A stretch of 64,000 nt of DNA from the human T2T-CHM13v2.0 reference genome, Homo sapiens: NCBI RefSeq assembly GCF_009914755.1, contig NC_060943.1. One strand, given 5' to 3'. The position numbers were made by a program, and so were the translations under genes. The notes beneath the pieces are model-generated. The model had not been told where the DNA came from. It did no database searches and worked only from the letters and a program-made list of their open reading frames with translations. Positions within the stretch are counted from its first letter, which is position 1. The number at the start of each line of letters is the position of its first letter. Shown here piece after piece: positions 29,105-42,770 of the stretch.

Positions 29105-32100
29105 GTAAAGTCTGCAAGTGGATATTCAGACATCCTTGAGGCTTTCGTTGGAAACGGGATTTCTTCATATTCTGCTAGAAAGAAGAATTCTCAGTAACTT
29201 CCTTGTGTTGTGTGTATTCAACTCACAGAGTTGAACGATCCTTTACACAGAGCAGACTTGAAACACTCTTTTTGTGGAATTTGCAAGTGGAGATTTCAGC
29301 CGCTTTGAGGTCAATGGTAGAATAGGAAATATCTTCCTATAGAAACTAGACAGAATGATTCTCAGAAACTCCTTTGTGATGTGTGCGTTCAACTCACAGA
29401 GTTTAACCTTTCTTTTCATAGAGCAGTTGGGAAACACTCTGTTTGTAAAGTCTGCAAGTAGATATTCAGACATCCTTGAGGCTTTCGTTGGAAACGGGAT
29501 TTCTTCATATTCTGCTAGAAAGAAGAATTCTCAGTAACTTCCTTGTGTTGTGTGTATTCAACTCACAGAGTTGAACGATCCTTTACACAGAGCAGACTTG
29601 AAACACTCTTTTTGTGGAATTTGCAAGTGGAGATTTCAGCCGCTTTGAGGTCAATGGTAGAATAGGAAATATCTTCCTATAGAAACTAGACAGAATGATT
29701 CTCAGAAACTCCTTTGTGATGTGTGCGTTCAACTCACAGAGTTTAACCTTTCTTTTCATAGAGCAGTTGGGAAACACTCTGTTTGTAAAGTCTGCAAGTG
29801 GATATTCAGACATCCTTGAGGCTTTCGTTGGAAAAGGGATTTCTTCATATTCTGCTAGAAAGAAGAATTCTCAGTAACTTCCTTGTGTTGTGTGTATTCA
29901 ACTCACAGAGTTGAACGATCCTTTACACAGAGCAGACTTGAAACACTCTTTTTGTGGAATTTGCAAGTGGAGATTTCAGCCGCTTTGAGGTCAGTGGTAG
30001 AATAGGAAATATCTTCCTATAGAAACTAGACAGAATGATTCTCAGAAACTCCTTTGTGATGTGTGCGTTCAACTCACAGAGTTTACCCTTTCTTTTCATA
30101 GAGCAGTTAGGAAACACTCTGTTTGTAAAGTCTGCAAGTGGATATTCAGACATCCTTGAGGCTTTCGTTGGAAACGGGATTTCTTCATATTCTGCCAGAA
30201 AGAAGAATTCTCAGTAACTTCCTTGTGTTGTGTGTATTCAACTCACAGAGTTGAACGATCCTTTACACAGAGCAGACTTGAAACACTCTTTTTGTGGAAT
30301 TTGCAAGTGGAGATTTCAGCCGCTTTGAGGTCAATGGTAGAATAGGAAATATCTTCCTATAGAAACTAGACAGAATGATTCTCAGAAACTCCTTTGTGAT
30401 GTGTGCGTTCAACTCACAGAGTTTAACCTTTCTTTTCATAGAGCAGTTAGGAAACACTCTGTTTGTACAGTCTGCAAGTGGATATTCAGACATCCTTGAG
30501 GCTTTCGTTGGAAACGGGATTTCTTCATATTCTGCTAGAAAGAAGAATTCTCAGTAACTTCCTTGTGTTGTGTGTATTCAACTCACAGAGTTGAACGATC
30601 CTTTACACAGAGCAGACTTGAAACACTCTTTTTGTGGAATTTGCAAGTGGAGATTTCAGCCGCTGTGAGGTCAATGGTAGAATAGGAAATATCTTCCTAT
30701 AGAAACTAGACAGAATGATTCTCAGAAACTCCTTTGTGATGTGTGCGTTCAACTCACAGAGTTTAACCTTTCTTTTCATAGAGCAGTTGGGAAACACTCT
30801 GTTTGTAAAGTCTGCAAGTGGATATTCAGACATCCTTGAGGCTTTCGTTGGAAACGGGATTTCTTCATATTCTGCTAGAAAGAAGAATTCTCAGTAACTT
30901 CCTTGTGTTGTGTGTATTCAACTCACAGAGTTGAACGATCCTTTACACAGAGCAGACTTGAAACACTCTTTTTGTGGAATTTGCAAGTGGAGATTTCAGC
31001 CGCTTTGAGGTCAATTGTAGAATAGGAAATATCTTCCTATAGAAACTAGACAGAATGATTCTCAGAAACTCCTTTGTGATGTGTGCGTTCAACTCACACA
31101 GTTTAACCTTTCTTTTCATAGAGCAGTTAGGAAACACTCTGTTTGTAAAGTCTGCAAGTGGATATTCAGACCTCCTTGAGGCCTTCGTTGGAAACGGGAT
31201 TTCTTCATATTATGCTAGACAGAAGAATTCTCAGTAACTTCCTTGTGTTGTGTGTATACAACTCACAGAGTTGAACGATCCTTTACACAGAGCAGACTTG
31301 AGACACTCTTTTTGTGGAATTTGCAAGTGGAGATTTCAGCCGCTTTGAGTTCAATGGTAGAATAGGAAATATCTTCCTATAGAAACTAGACAGAATGATT
31401 CTCAGAAACTCCTTTGTGATGTGTGCGTTCAACTCACAGAGTTCAACCTTTCTTTTCATAGAGCAGTTGGGAAACACTCTGTTTGTAAAGTCTGCAAGTG
31501 GATATTCAGACTTCTTTGAGGCCTTCGTTGGAAGCGGGATTTCTTCAAATTCTGCTAGACAGAAGAATTCTCAGAAACTTCCTTGTGTTGTGTGTTTTCA
31601 ACTCACAGAGTTGAACGATCCTTTACACAGAGCAGACTTGAAACACTCCTTTTGTGGAATTTGCAAGTGGAGATTTCAGCCGCTTTGAGGTCAATGGTAG
31701 AATAGGAAATATCTTCCTATAGAAAGTAGACAGAATGATTCTCAGAAACTCCTTTGTGATGTGTGCGTTCAACTCACAGAGTTTAACCTTTCTTTTCATA
31801 GAGCAGTTAGGAAACACTCTGTTTGTAAAGTCTGCAAGTGGATATTCAGACCTCCTTGAGGCCTTCGTTGGAAACGGGATTTCTTCATATTATGCTAGAC
31901 AGAAGAATTCTCAGTAACTTCCTTGTGTTGTGTGTATTCAACTCACAGAGTTGAACGATCCTTTACACAGAGCAGACTTGAAACACTCTTTTTGTGGAAT
32001 TTGCAAGTGGAGATTTCAGCCGCTTTGAGTTCAATGGTAGAATAGGAAATATCTTCCTATAGAAACTAGACAGAATGATTCTCAGAAACTCCTTTGTGAT

Positions 32101-35100
32101 GTGTGCGTTCAACTCACAGAGTTCAACCTTTCTTTTCATAGAGCAGTTGGGAAACACTCTGTTTGTAAAGTCTGCAAGTGGATATTCAGACTTCTTTGAG
32201 GCCTTCGTTGGAAGCGGGATTTCTTCATATTCTGCTAGACAGAAGAATTCTCAGTAACTTCCTTGTGTTGTGTGTATTCAACTCACAGAGTTGAACGATC
32301 CTTTACACAGAGCAGACTTGAAACACTCTTTTTGTGGAATTTGCAAGTGGAGATTTCAGCCGCTTTGAGGTCAATGGTAGAATAGGAAATATCTTCCTAT
32401 AGAAACTAGACAGAATGATTCTCAGAAACTCCTTTGTGATGTGTGCGTTCAACTCACAGAGTTTAACCTTTCTTTTCATAGAGCAGTTAGGAAACACTCT
32501 GTTTGTAAAGGTTGCAAGTGGATATTCAGACATCCTTGAGGCTTTCGTTGGAAACGGGATTTCTTCATATTCTGCTAGAAAGAAGAATTCTCAGTAACTT
32601 CCTTGTGTTGTGTGTATTCAACTCACAGAGTTGAACGATCCTTTACACAGAGCAGACTTGAAACACTCCTTTTGTGGAATTTGCAAGTGGAGATTTCAGC
32701 CGCTTTGAGGTCAAAGGTAGAATAGGAAATATCTTCCTATAGAAACTAGACAGAATGATTCTCAGAAACTCCTTTGTGATGTGTGCGTTCAACTCACAGA
32801 GTTTAACCTTTCTTTTCATAGAGCAGTTGGGAAACACTCTGTTTGTAAAGTCTGCAAGTGGATATTCAGACTTCTTTGAGGCTTTCGTTGGAAACGGGAT
32901 TTCTTCATATTCTGCTAGAAAGAAGAATTCTCAGTAACTTCCTTGTGTTGTGTGTATTCAACTCACAGAGTTGCACGATCCTTTACACAGAGCAGACTTG
33001 AAACACTCTTTTTGTGGAATTTGCAAGTGGAGATTTCAGCCGCTTTGAGGTCAATGGTAGAATAGGAAATATCTTCCTATAGAAACTAGACAGAATGATT
33101 GTCAGAAACTCCTTTGTGATGTGTGCGTTCAACTCACAGAGTTCAACCTTTCTTTTCATTGAGCAGTTGGGAAACACTCTGTTTGTAAAGTCTGCAAGTG
33201 GATATTCAGACTTCTTTGAGGCCTTCGTTGGAAGCGGGATTTCTTCATATTCTGCTAGACAGAAGAATTCTCAGTAACTGCCTTGTGTTGTGTGTATTCA
33301 ACTCACAGAGTTGAACGATCCTTTACACAGAGCAGACTTGAAACACTCTTTTTGTGGAATTTGCAAGTGGAGATTTCAGCCGCTTTGAGGTCAATGGTAG
33401 AATAGGAAATATCTTCCTATAGAAACTAGACAGAATGATTCTCAGAAACTCCTTTGTGATGTGTGCGTTCAACTCACAGAGTTTACCCTTTCTTTTCATA
33501 GAGCAGTTAGGAAACACTCTGTTTGTAAAGTCTGCAAGTGGATATTCAGACATCCTTGAGGCTTTCGTTGGAAACGGGATTTCTTCATATTCTGCCAGAA
33601 AGAAGAATTCTCAGTAACTTCCTTGTGTTGTGTGTATTCAACTCACAGAGTTGAACGATCCTTTACACAGAGCAGACTTGAAACACTCTTTTTGTGGAAT
33701 TTGCAAGTGGAGATTTCAGCCGCTGTGAGGTCAATGGTAGAATAGGAAATATCTTCCTATAGAAACTAGACAGAATGATTCTCAGAAACTCGTTTGTGAT
33801 GTGTGCGTTCAACTCACAGAGTTTAAACTTTCTTTTCATAGAGCAGTTGGGAAACACTCTGTTTGTAAAGTCTGCAAGTGGATATTCAGACATCCTTGAG
33901 GCTTTCGTTGGAAACGGGATTTCTTCATATTCTGCTAGAAAGAAGAATTCTCAGTAACTTCCTTGTGTTGTGTGTATTCAACTCACAGAGTTGAACGATC
34001 CTTTACACAGAGCAGACTTGAAACACTCTTTTTGTGGAATTTGCAAGTGGAGATTTCAGCCGCTTTGAGTTCAATGGTAGAATAGGAAATATCTTCCTAT
34101 AGAAACTAGACAGAATGATTCTCAGAAACTCCTTTGTGATGTGTGCGTTCAACTCACAGAGTTCAACCTTTCTTTTCATAGAGCAGTTGGGAAACACTCT
34201 GTTTGTAAAGTCTGCAAGTGGATATTCAGACTTCTTTGAGGCCTTCGTTGGAAGCGGGATTTCTTCATATTCTGCTAGACAGAAGAATTCTCAGAAACTT
34301 CCTTGTGTTGTGTGTTTTCAACTCACAGAGTTGAACGATCCTTTACACAGAGCAGACTTGAAACACTCCTTTTGTGGAATTTGCAAGTGGAGATTTCAGC
34401 CGCTTTGAGGTCAATGGTAGAATAGGAAATATCTTCCTATAGAAAGTAGACAGAATGATTCTCAGAAACTCCTTTGTGATGTGTGCGTTCAACTCACAGA
34501 GTTTAACCTTTCTTTTCATAGAGCAGTTAGGAAACACTCTGTTTGTAAAGTCTGCAAGTGGATATTCAGACCTCCTTGAGGCCTTCGTTGGAAACGGGAT
34601 TTCTTCATATTATGCTAGACAGAAGAATTCTCAGTAACTTCCTTGTGTTGTGTGTATTCAACTCACAGAGTTGAACGATCCTTTACACAGAGCAGACTTG
34701 AAACACTCTTTTTGTGGAATTTGCAAGTGGAGATTTCAGCCGCTTTGAGTTCAATGGTAGAATAGGAAATATCTTCCTATAGAAACTAGACAGAATGATT
34801 CTCAGAAACTCCTTTGTGATGTGTGCGTTCAACTCACAGAGTTCAACCTTTCTTTTCATAGAGCAGTTGGGAAACACTCTGTTTGTAAAGTCTGCAAGTG
34901 GATATTCAGACTTCTTTGAGGCCTTCGTTGGAAGCGGGATTTCTTCATATTCTGCTAGACAGAAGAATTCTCAGTAACTTCCTTGTGTTGTGTGTATTCA
35001 ACTCACAGAGTTGAACGATCCTTTACACAGAGCAGACTTGAAACACTCTTTTTGTGGAATTTGCAAGTGGAGATTTCAGCCGCTTTGAGGTCAATGGTAG

Positions 35101-36840
35101 AATAGGAAATATCTTCCTATAGAAACTAGACAGAATGATTCTCAGAAACTCCTTTGTGATGTGTGCGTTCAACTCACAGAGTTTAACCTTTCTTTTCATA
35201 GAGCAGTTGGGAAACACTCTGTTTGTAAAGTCTGCAAGTGGATATTCAGACATCCTTGAGGCTTTCGTTGGAAACGGGATTTCTTCATATTCTGCTAGAA
35301 AGAAGAATTCTCAGTAACTTCCTTGTGTTGTGTGTATTCAACTCACAGAGTTGCACGATCCTTTACACAGAGCAGACTTGAAACACTCTTTTTGTGTAAT
35401 TTGCAAGTGGAGATTTCAGCCGCTTTGAGGTCAATGGTAGAATAGGAAATATCTTCCTATAGAAACTAGACAGAATGATTCTCAGAAACTTCTTTGTGAT
35501 GTGTGCGTTCAACTCACAGAGTTTAACCTTTCTTTTCATAGAGCAGTTAGGAAACACTCTGTTTGTAAAGTCTGCAAGTGGATATTCAGACCTCCTTGAG
35601 GCCTTCGTTGGAAGCGGGATTTCTTCATGTTCTGCTAGACAGAAGAATTCTCAGAAACTTCCTTGTATTGTGTGTTTTCAACTCACAGAGTTGAGCGATC
35701 CTTTACACAGAGCAGACTTGAAACACTCCTTTTGTGGAATTTGCAAGTGGAGATTTCAGCCGCTTTGAGGTCAATGGTAGAATAGGAAATATCTTCCTAT
35801 AGAAAGTAGACAGAATGATTCTCAGAAACTCCTTTGTGATGGGTGCGTTCAACTCACAGAGTTTAACCTTTCTTTTCATAGAGCAGTTAGGAAACACTCT
35901 GTAAAGTCTGCAAGTGGATATTCAGACATCCTTGAGGCTTTCGTTGGAAACGGGATTTCTTCATATTCTGCTAGAAAGAAGAATTCTCAGTAACTTCCTT
36001 GTGTTGTGTGTATTCAACTCACAGAGTTGAACGATCCTTTACACAGAGCAGACTTGAAACACTCTTTTTGTGGAATTTGCAAGTGGAGATTTCAGCCGCT
36101 TTGAGGTCAATGGTAGAATAGGAAATATCTTCCTATAGAAACTAGACAGAATGATTCTCAGAAACTCCTTTGTGATGTGTGCGTTCAACTCACAGAGTTT
36201 AACCTTTCTTTTCATAGAGCAGTTGGGAAACACTCTGTTTGTAAAGTCTGCAAGTAGATATTCAGACATCCTTGAGGCTTTCGTTGGAAACGGGATTTCT
36301 TCATATTCTGCTAGAAAGAAGAATTCTCAGTAACTTCCTTGTGTTGTGTGTATTCAACTCACAGAGTTGAACGATCCTTTACACAGAGCAGACTTGAAAC
36401 ACTCTTTTTGTGGAATTTGCAAGTGGAGATTTCAGCCGCTTTGAGGTCAATGGTAGAATAGGAAATATCTTCCTATAGAAACTAGACAGAATGATTCTCA
36501 GAAACTCCTTTGTGATGTGTGCGTTCAACTCACAGAGTTTAACCTTTCTTTTCATAGAGCAGTTGGGAAACACTCTGTTTGTAAAGTCTGCAAGTGGATA
36601 TTCAGACATCCTTGAGGCTTTCGTTGGAAAAGGGATTTCTTCATATTCTGCTAGAAAGAAGAATTCTCAGTAACTTCCTTGTGTTGTGTGTATTCAACTC
36701 ACAGAGTTGAACGATCCTTTACACAGAGCAGACTTGAAACACTCTTTTTGTGGAATTTGCAAGTGGAGATTTCAGCCGCTTTGAGGTCAATGGTAGAATA
36801 GGAAATATCTTCCTATAGAAACTAGACAGAATGATTCTCA
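29105..36840 (+). repeat. Long-range duplicate of ~12460-19500 (offset 16645 bp, then 17325 bp after a two-dimer indel); its right part also matches ~21510-25630 (offset 11210 bp)
   Basis: Rare markers GTCAGTGG (13349/29994), CAATTGTAG, ATACAAC, TGAGACA, CAAATTC, AAAGGTTGC (15865/32510) and TCAAAGG (16070/32715). TTTTCATT at 21950/33160. Confidence 0.85.
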
Positions 36841-39800
36841 GAAACTCCTTTGTGATGTGTGCGTTCAACTCACAGAGTTTAACCTTTCTTTTCATAGAGC
36901 AGTTGGGAAACACTCTGTTTGTAAAGTCTGCAAGTGGATATTCAGACATCCTTGAGGCTTTCGTTGGAAACGGGATTTCTTCATATTCTGCTAGAAAGAA
37001 GAATTCTCAGTAACTTCCTTGTGTTGTGTGTATTCAACTCACAGAGTTGCACGATCCTTTACACAGAGCAGACTTGAAACACTCTTTTTGTGGAATTTGC
37101 AAGTGGAGATTTCAGCCGCTTTGAGGTCAATGGTAGAATAGGAAATATCTTCCTATAGAAACTAGACAGAATGATTCTCAGAAACTTCTTTGTGATGTGT
37201 GCGTTCAACTCACAGAGTTTAACCTTTCTTTTCATAGAGCAGTTAGGAAACACTCTGTTTGTAAAGTCTGCAAGTGGATATTCAGACCTCCTTGAGGCCT
37301 TCGTTGGAAGCGGGATTTCTTCATGTTCTGCTAGACAGAAGAATTCTCAGAAACTTCCTTGTATTGTGTGTTTTCAACTCACAGAGTTGAGCGATCCTTT
37401 ACACAGAGCAGACTTGAAACACTCCTTTTGTGGAATTTGCAAGTGGAGATTTCAGCCGCTTTGAGGTCAATGGTAGAATAGGAAATATCTTCCTATAGAA
37501 AGTAGACAGAATGATTCTCAGAAACTCCTTTGTGATGGGTGCGTTCAACTGACAGAGTTTAACCTTTCTTTTCATAGAGCAGTTAGGAAACACTCTGTAA
37601 AGTCTGCAAGTGGATATTCAGACATCCTTGAGGCTTTCGTTGGAAACGGGATTTCTTCATATTCTGCTAGAAAGAAGAATTCTCAGTAACTTCCTTGTGT
37701 TGTGTGTATTCAACTCACAGAGTTGAACGATCCTTTACACAGAGCAGACTTGAAACACTCTTTTTGTGGAATTTGCAAGTGGAGATTTCAGCCGATTTGA
37801 GGTCAATGGTAGAATAGGAAATATCTTCCTATAGAAACTAGACAGAATGATTCTCAGAAACTCCTTTGTGATGTGTGCGTTCAACTCACAGAGTTTAACC
37901 TTTCTTTTCATAGAGCAGTTGGGAAACACTCTGTTTGTAAAGTCTGCAAGTGGATATTCAGACATCCTTGAGGCTTTCGTTGGAAAAGGGATTTCTTCAT
38001 ATTCTGCTAGAAAGAAGAATTCTCAGTAACTTCCTTGTGTTGTGTGTATTCAACTCACAGAGTTGAACGATCCTTTACACAGAGCAGACTTGAAACACTC
38101 TTTTTGTGGAATTTGCAAGTGGAGATTTCAGCCGCTTTGAGGTCAATGGTAGAATAGGAAATATCTTCCTATAGAAACTAGACAGAATGATTCTCAGAAA
38201 CTTCTTTGTGATGTGTGCGTTCAACTCACAGAGTTTAACCTTTCTTTTCATAGAGCAGTTAGGAAACACTCTGTTTGTAAAGTCTGCAAGTGGATATTCA
38301 GACCTCCTTGAGGCCTTCGTTGGAAGCGGGATTTCTTCATGTTCTGCTAGACAGAAGAATTCTCAGAAACTTCCTTGTGTTGTGTGTTTTCAACTCACAG
38401 AGTTGAACGATCCTTTACACAGAGCAGACTTGAAACACTCCTTTTGTGGAATTTGCAAGTGGAGATTTCAGCCGCTTTGAGGTCAATGGTAGAATAGGAA
38501 ATATCTTCCTATAGAAAGTAGACAGAATGATTCTCAGAAACTCCTTTGTGATGTGTGCGTTCAACTCACAGAGTTTAACCTTTCTTTTCATAGAGCAGTT
38601 AGGAAACACTCTGTTTGTAAAGTCTGCAAGTGGATATTCAGACCTCCTTGAGGCCTTCGTTGGAAGCGGGATTTCTTCATGTTCTGCTAGACAGAAGAAT
38701 TCTCAGAAACTTCCTTGTGTTGTGTGTTTTCAACTCACAGAGTTGAACGATCCTTTACACAGAGCAGACTTGAAACACTCCTTTTGTGGAATTTGCAAGT
38801 GGAGATTTCAGCCGCTTTGAGGTCAATGGTAGATTAGGAAATATCTTCCTATAGAAACTAGACAGAATGATTCTGAGAAATCCTTTGTGATGTGTGCGTT
38901 CAACTCACAGAGTTTAACCTTTCTTTTCATAGAGCAGTTAGGAAACACTCTGTTTGTAAAGTCTGCAAGTGGATATTCAGACCTCCTTGAGGCCTTCGTT
39001 GGAAACGGGATTTCTTCATATTATGCTAGACAGAGGAATTCTCAGGAACTTCCTTGTGTTGTGTGTATTCAACTCACAGAGTTGAACGATCCTTTACACA
39101 GAGCAGACTTGAAACACTCTTTTTGTGGAATTTGCAAGTGGAGATTTCAGCCGCTTTGAGTTCAATGGTAGAATAGGAAATATCTTCCTATAGAAACTAC
39201 ACAGAATGATTCTCAGAAACTGCTTTGTGATGTGTGCGTTCAACTCACAGAGTTCAACCTTTCTTTTCATAGAGCAGTTGGGAAACACTCTGTTTGTAAA
39301 GTCTGCAAGTGGATATTCAGACTTCTTTGAGGCCTTCGTTGGAAGCGGGATTTCTTCATATTCTGCTAGACAGAAGAATTCTCAGTAACTTCCTTGTGTT
39401 GTGTGTATTCAACTCACAGAGTTGAACGATCCTTTACACAGAGCAGACTTGAAACACTCTTTTTGTGGAATTTGCAAGTGGAGATTTCAGCCGCTTTGAG
39501 GTCAATGGTAGAATAGGAAATATCTTCCTATAGAAACTAGACAGAATGATTCTCAGAAACTCCTTTGTGATGTGTGCGTTCAACTCACAGAGTTCAACCT
39601 TTCTTTTCATAGAGCAGTTGGGAAACACTCTGTTTGTAAAGTCTGCAAGTGGATATTCAGACTTCTTTGAGTCCTTCGTTGGAAGCGGGATTTCTTCATG
39701 TTCTGCTAGACAGAAGAATTCTCAGAAACTTCCTTGTGTTGTGTGTTTTCAACTCACAGAGTTGAACGATCCTTTACACAGAGCAGACTTGAAACACTCC

Positions 39801-41755
39801 TTTTGTGGAATTTGCAAGTGGAGATTTCAGCCGCTTTGAGGTCAATGGTAGAATAGGAAATATCTTCCTATAGAAAGTAGACAGAATGATTCTCAGAAAC
39901 TCCTTTGTGATGTGTGCGTTCAACTCACAGAGTTTAACCTTTCTTTTCATAGAGCAGTTAGGAAACACTCTGTTTGTAAAGTCTGCAAGTGGATATTCAG
40001 ACCTCCTTGAGGCCTTCGTTGGAAACGGGATTTCTTCATATTATGCTAGACAGAAGAATTCTCAGTAACTTCCTTGTGTTGTGTGTATTCAACTCACAGA
40101 GTTGAACGATCCTTTACACAGAGCAGACTTGAAACACTCTTTTTGTGGAATTTGCAAGTGGAGATTTCAGCCGCTGTGAGTTCAATGGTAGAATAGGAAA
40201 TATCTTCCTATAGAAACTAGACAGAATGATTCTCAGAAACTCCTTTGTGATGTGTGCGTTCAACTCACAGAGTTCAACCTTTCTTTTCATAGAGCAGTTG
40301 GGAAACACTCTGTTTGTAAAGTCTGCAAGTGGATATTCAGACTTCTTTGAGGCCTTCGTTGGAAGCGGGATTTCTTCATATTCTGCTAGACAGAAGAATT
40401 CTCAGTAACTGCCTTTTGTTGTGTGCATTCAACTCACAGAGTTGAACGATCCTTTACACAGAGCAGACTTGAAACACTCTTTATGTGGAATTTGCAAGTG
40501 GAGATTTCAGCCGCTTTGAGGTCAATGGTAGAATAGGAAATATCTTCCTATAGAAACTAGACAGAATGATTCTCAGAAACTCCTTTGTGATGTGTGCGTT
40601 CAACTCACAGAGTTTAACCTTTCTTTTCATAGAGCAGTTAGGAAACACTCTGATTGTAAAGTCTGCAAGTGGATATTCAGACCTCCTTGAGGCCTTCGTT
40701 GGAAACGGGATTTCTTCATATTCTGCTAGACAGAAGAATTCTCAGTAACTTCCTTGTGTTGTGTGTATTCAACTCACAGAGTTGAACGATCCTTTACACA
40801 GAGCAGACTTGAAACACTCTTTTTGTGGAATTTGCAAGTGGAGATTTCAGCCGCTCTGAGGTCAATGGTAGAATAGGAAATATCTTCCTATAGAAAATAG
40901 ACAGAATGATTCTCAGAAACTCCTTTGTGATGTGTGCGTTCAACTCACAGAGTTCAACCTTTCTTTTCATAGAGCAGTTGGGAAACACTCTGTTTGTAAA
41001 GTCTGCAAGTGGATATTCAGACTTCTTTGAGGCCTTCGTTGGAAGCGGGATTTCTTCATATTCTGCTAGACAGAAGAATTCTCAGTAACTGCCTTGTGTT
41101 GTGTGTATTCAACTCACAGAGTTGAACGATCCTTTACACAGAGCAGACTTGAAACACTCTTTTTGTGGAATTTGCAAGTGGAGATTTCAGCCGCTTTGAG
41201 GTCAATGGTAGAATAGGAAATATCTTCCTATAGAAACTAGACAGAATGATTCTCAGAAACTCCTTTGTGATGTGTGCGTTCAACTCACAGAGTTTACCCT
41301 TTCTTTTCATAGAGCAGTTAGGAAACACTCTGTTTGTAAAGTCTGCAAGTGGATATTCAGACATCCTTGAGGCTTTCGTTGGAAACGGGATTTCTTCATA
41401 TTCTGCCAGAAAGAAGAATTCTCAGTAACTTCCTTGTGTTGTGTGTATTCAACTCACAGAGTTGAACGATCCTTTACACAGAGCAGACTTGAAACACACT
41501 TTTTGTGGAATTTGCAAGTGGAGATTTCAGCCGCTTTGAGGTCAATGGTAGAATAGGAAATATCTTCCTATAGAAACTAGACAGAATGATTCTCAGAAAC
41601 TCCTTTGTGATGTGTGCGTTCAACTCACAGAGTTTAACCTTTCTTTTCATAGAGCAGTTAGGAAACACTTTGTTTGTACAGTCTGCAAGTGGATATTCAG
41701 ACATCCTTGAGGCTTTCGTTGGAAACGGGATTTCTTCATATTCTGCTAGACAGAA

Positions 41756-42770
41756 GAATTCTCAGTAACTTCCTTCTGTTGTGTGTATTCAACTCACAGA
41801 GTTGAACGATCCTTTACACAGAGCAGTCTTGAAACACTCTTTTTGTGGAATTTGCAAGTGGAGATTTCAGCCGCTTTGTGGTCAATGGTAGAATAGGAAA
41901 TATCTTCCTATAGAAACTAGACAGAATGATTCTCAGAAACTCCTTTGTGATGTGGGCGTTCAACTCACAGAGTTTAACCTTTCTTTTCATAGAGCAGTTA
42001 GGAAACACTCTGTTTGTAAAGTCTGCATGTGGATATTTGGACTTCTTTGAGGCCTTCGTTGGAAACGGGTTTTTTTCATGTAAGGCTAGACAGAAGAATT
42101 CTCAGTAATTTCCTTTTGTTGTGTGTATTCAAATGACAGAGTTGAACTTTCATTTAGAGAGAGCAGATTTGAAACACTGTTTTTGTGGAATTTGCAAGTG
42201 AAGATTTCAAGCGCTTTGGGGCCAAAGGCAGAAAAGGAAATATCTTCGTATAAAAACTAGACAGAATCATTCTCAGAAACTGCTCTGTGATGTGTGCGTA
42301 CAACTCTCAGAGTTTAACTTTTCTTTTCATTCAGCAGTTTGGAAACACTCTGTAAAGTCTGCACGTAGATATTTTGACCACTTAGAGGCCTTCGTTGGAA
42401 ACGGGTTTTTTTCATGTAAGGGTAGACAGAAGAATTCCCAGTAACTTCCTTGTGTTGTGTGCATTCAACTCACAGAGATGAACGTTCCCTTAGACAGAGC
42501 AGATTTGAAACACTCTATTTGTGTAATTTGCAAGTGTAGATTTCAAGCGCTTTAAGGTCAATGGCAGAAAAGGATATATCTCCGTTTCAAAACTAGACAG
42601 AATCATTCCCACAAACTGCGTTGTGATGTGTTCGTTCAACTCACAGAGTTTAACCTTTCTGTTCATAGAGCAGTTAGGAAACACTCTGTTTGTAAAGTCT
42701 GTAAGTGGATATTCTGACATCTTGTGGCCTTCGTTGGAAACGGGATTTCTTCATATTATGCTAGAAAGAA
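41756..42770 (+). repeat. Divergent 6-monomer HOR unit, copy 1 (1,015 bp; probably the canonical S1C1/5/19H1L hexamer)
   Basis: EcoRI sites at 41756, 42096, 42432 and 42771 (spacings 340, 336, 339). From ~42028 to ~42728 the monomers carry many substitutions not in the dimer (GGGTTTTTTTCATGTAAGG, TTCAAGCGCTTTGGGGCCAAAGGCAG, CATTCCCACAAACTGCGTT). Three intact CENP-B cores. Confidence 0.88.

Noticed and set aside
42028-42728. Possible foreign insertion or mobile element at the divergent island
   Set aside because: It stays in alphoid register and orientation, keeps the EcoRI sites and CENP-B boxes, and has no target-site duplication, poly(A) tail or Alu/L1 sequence.
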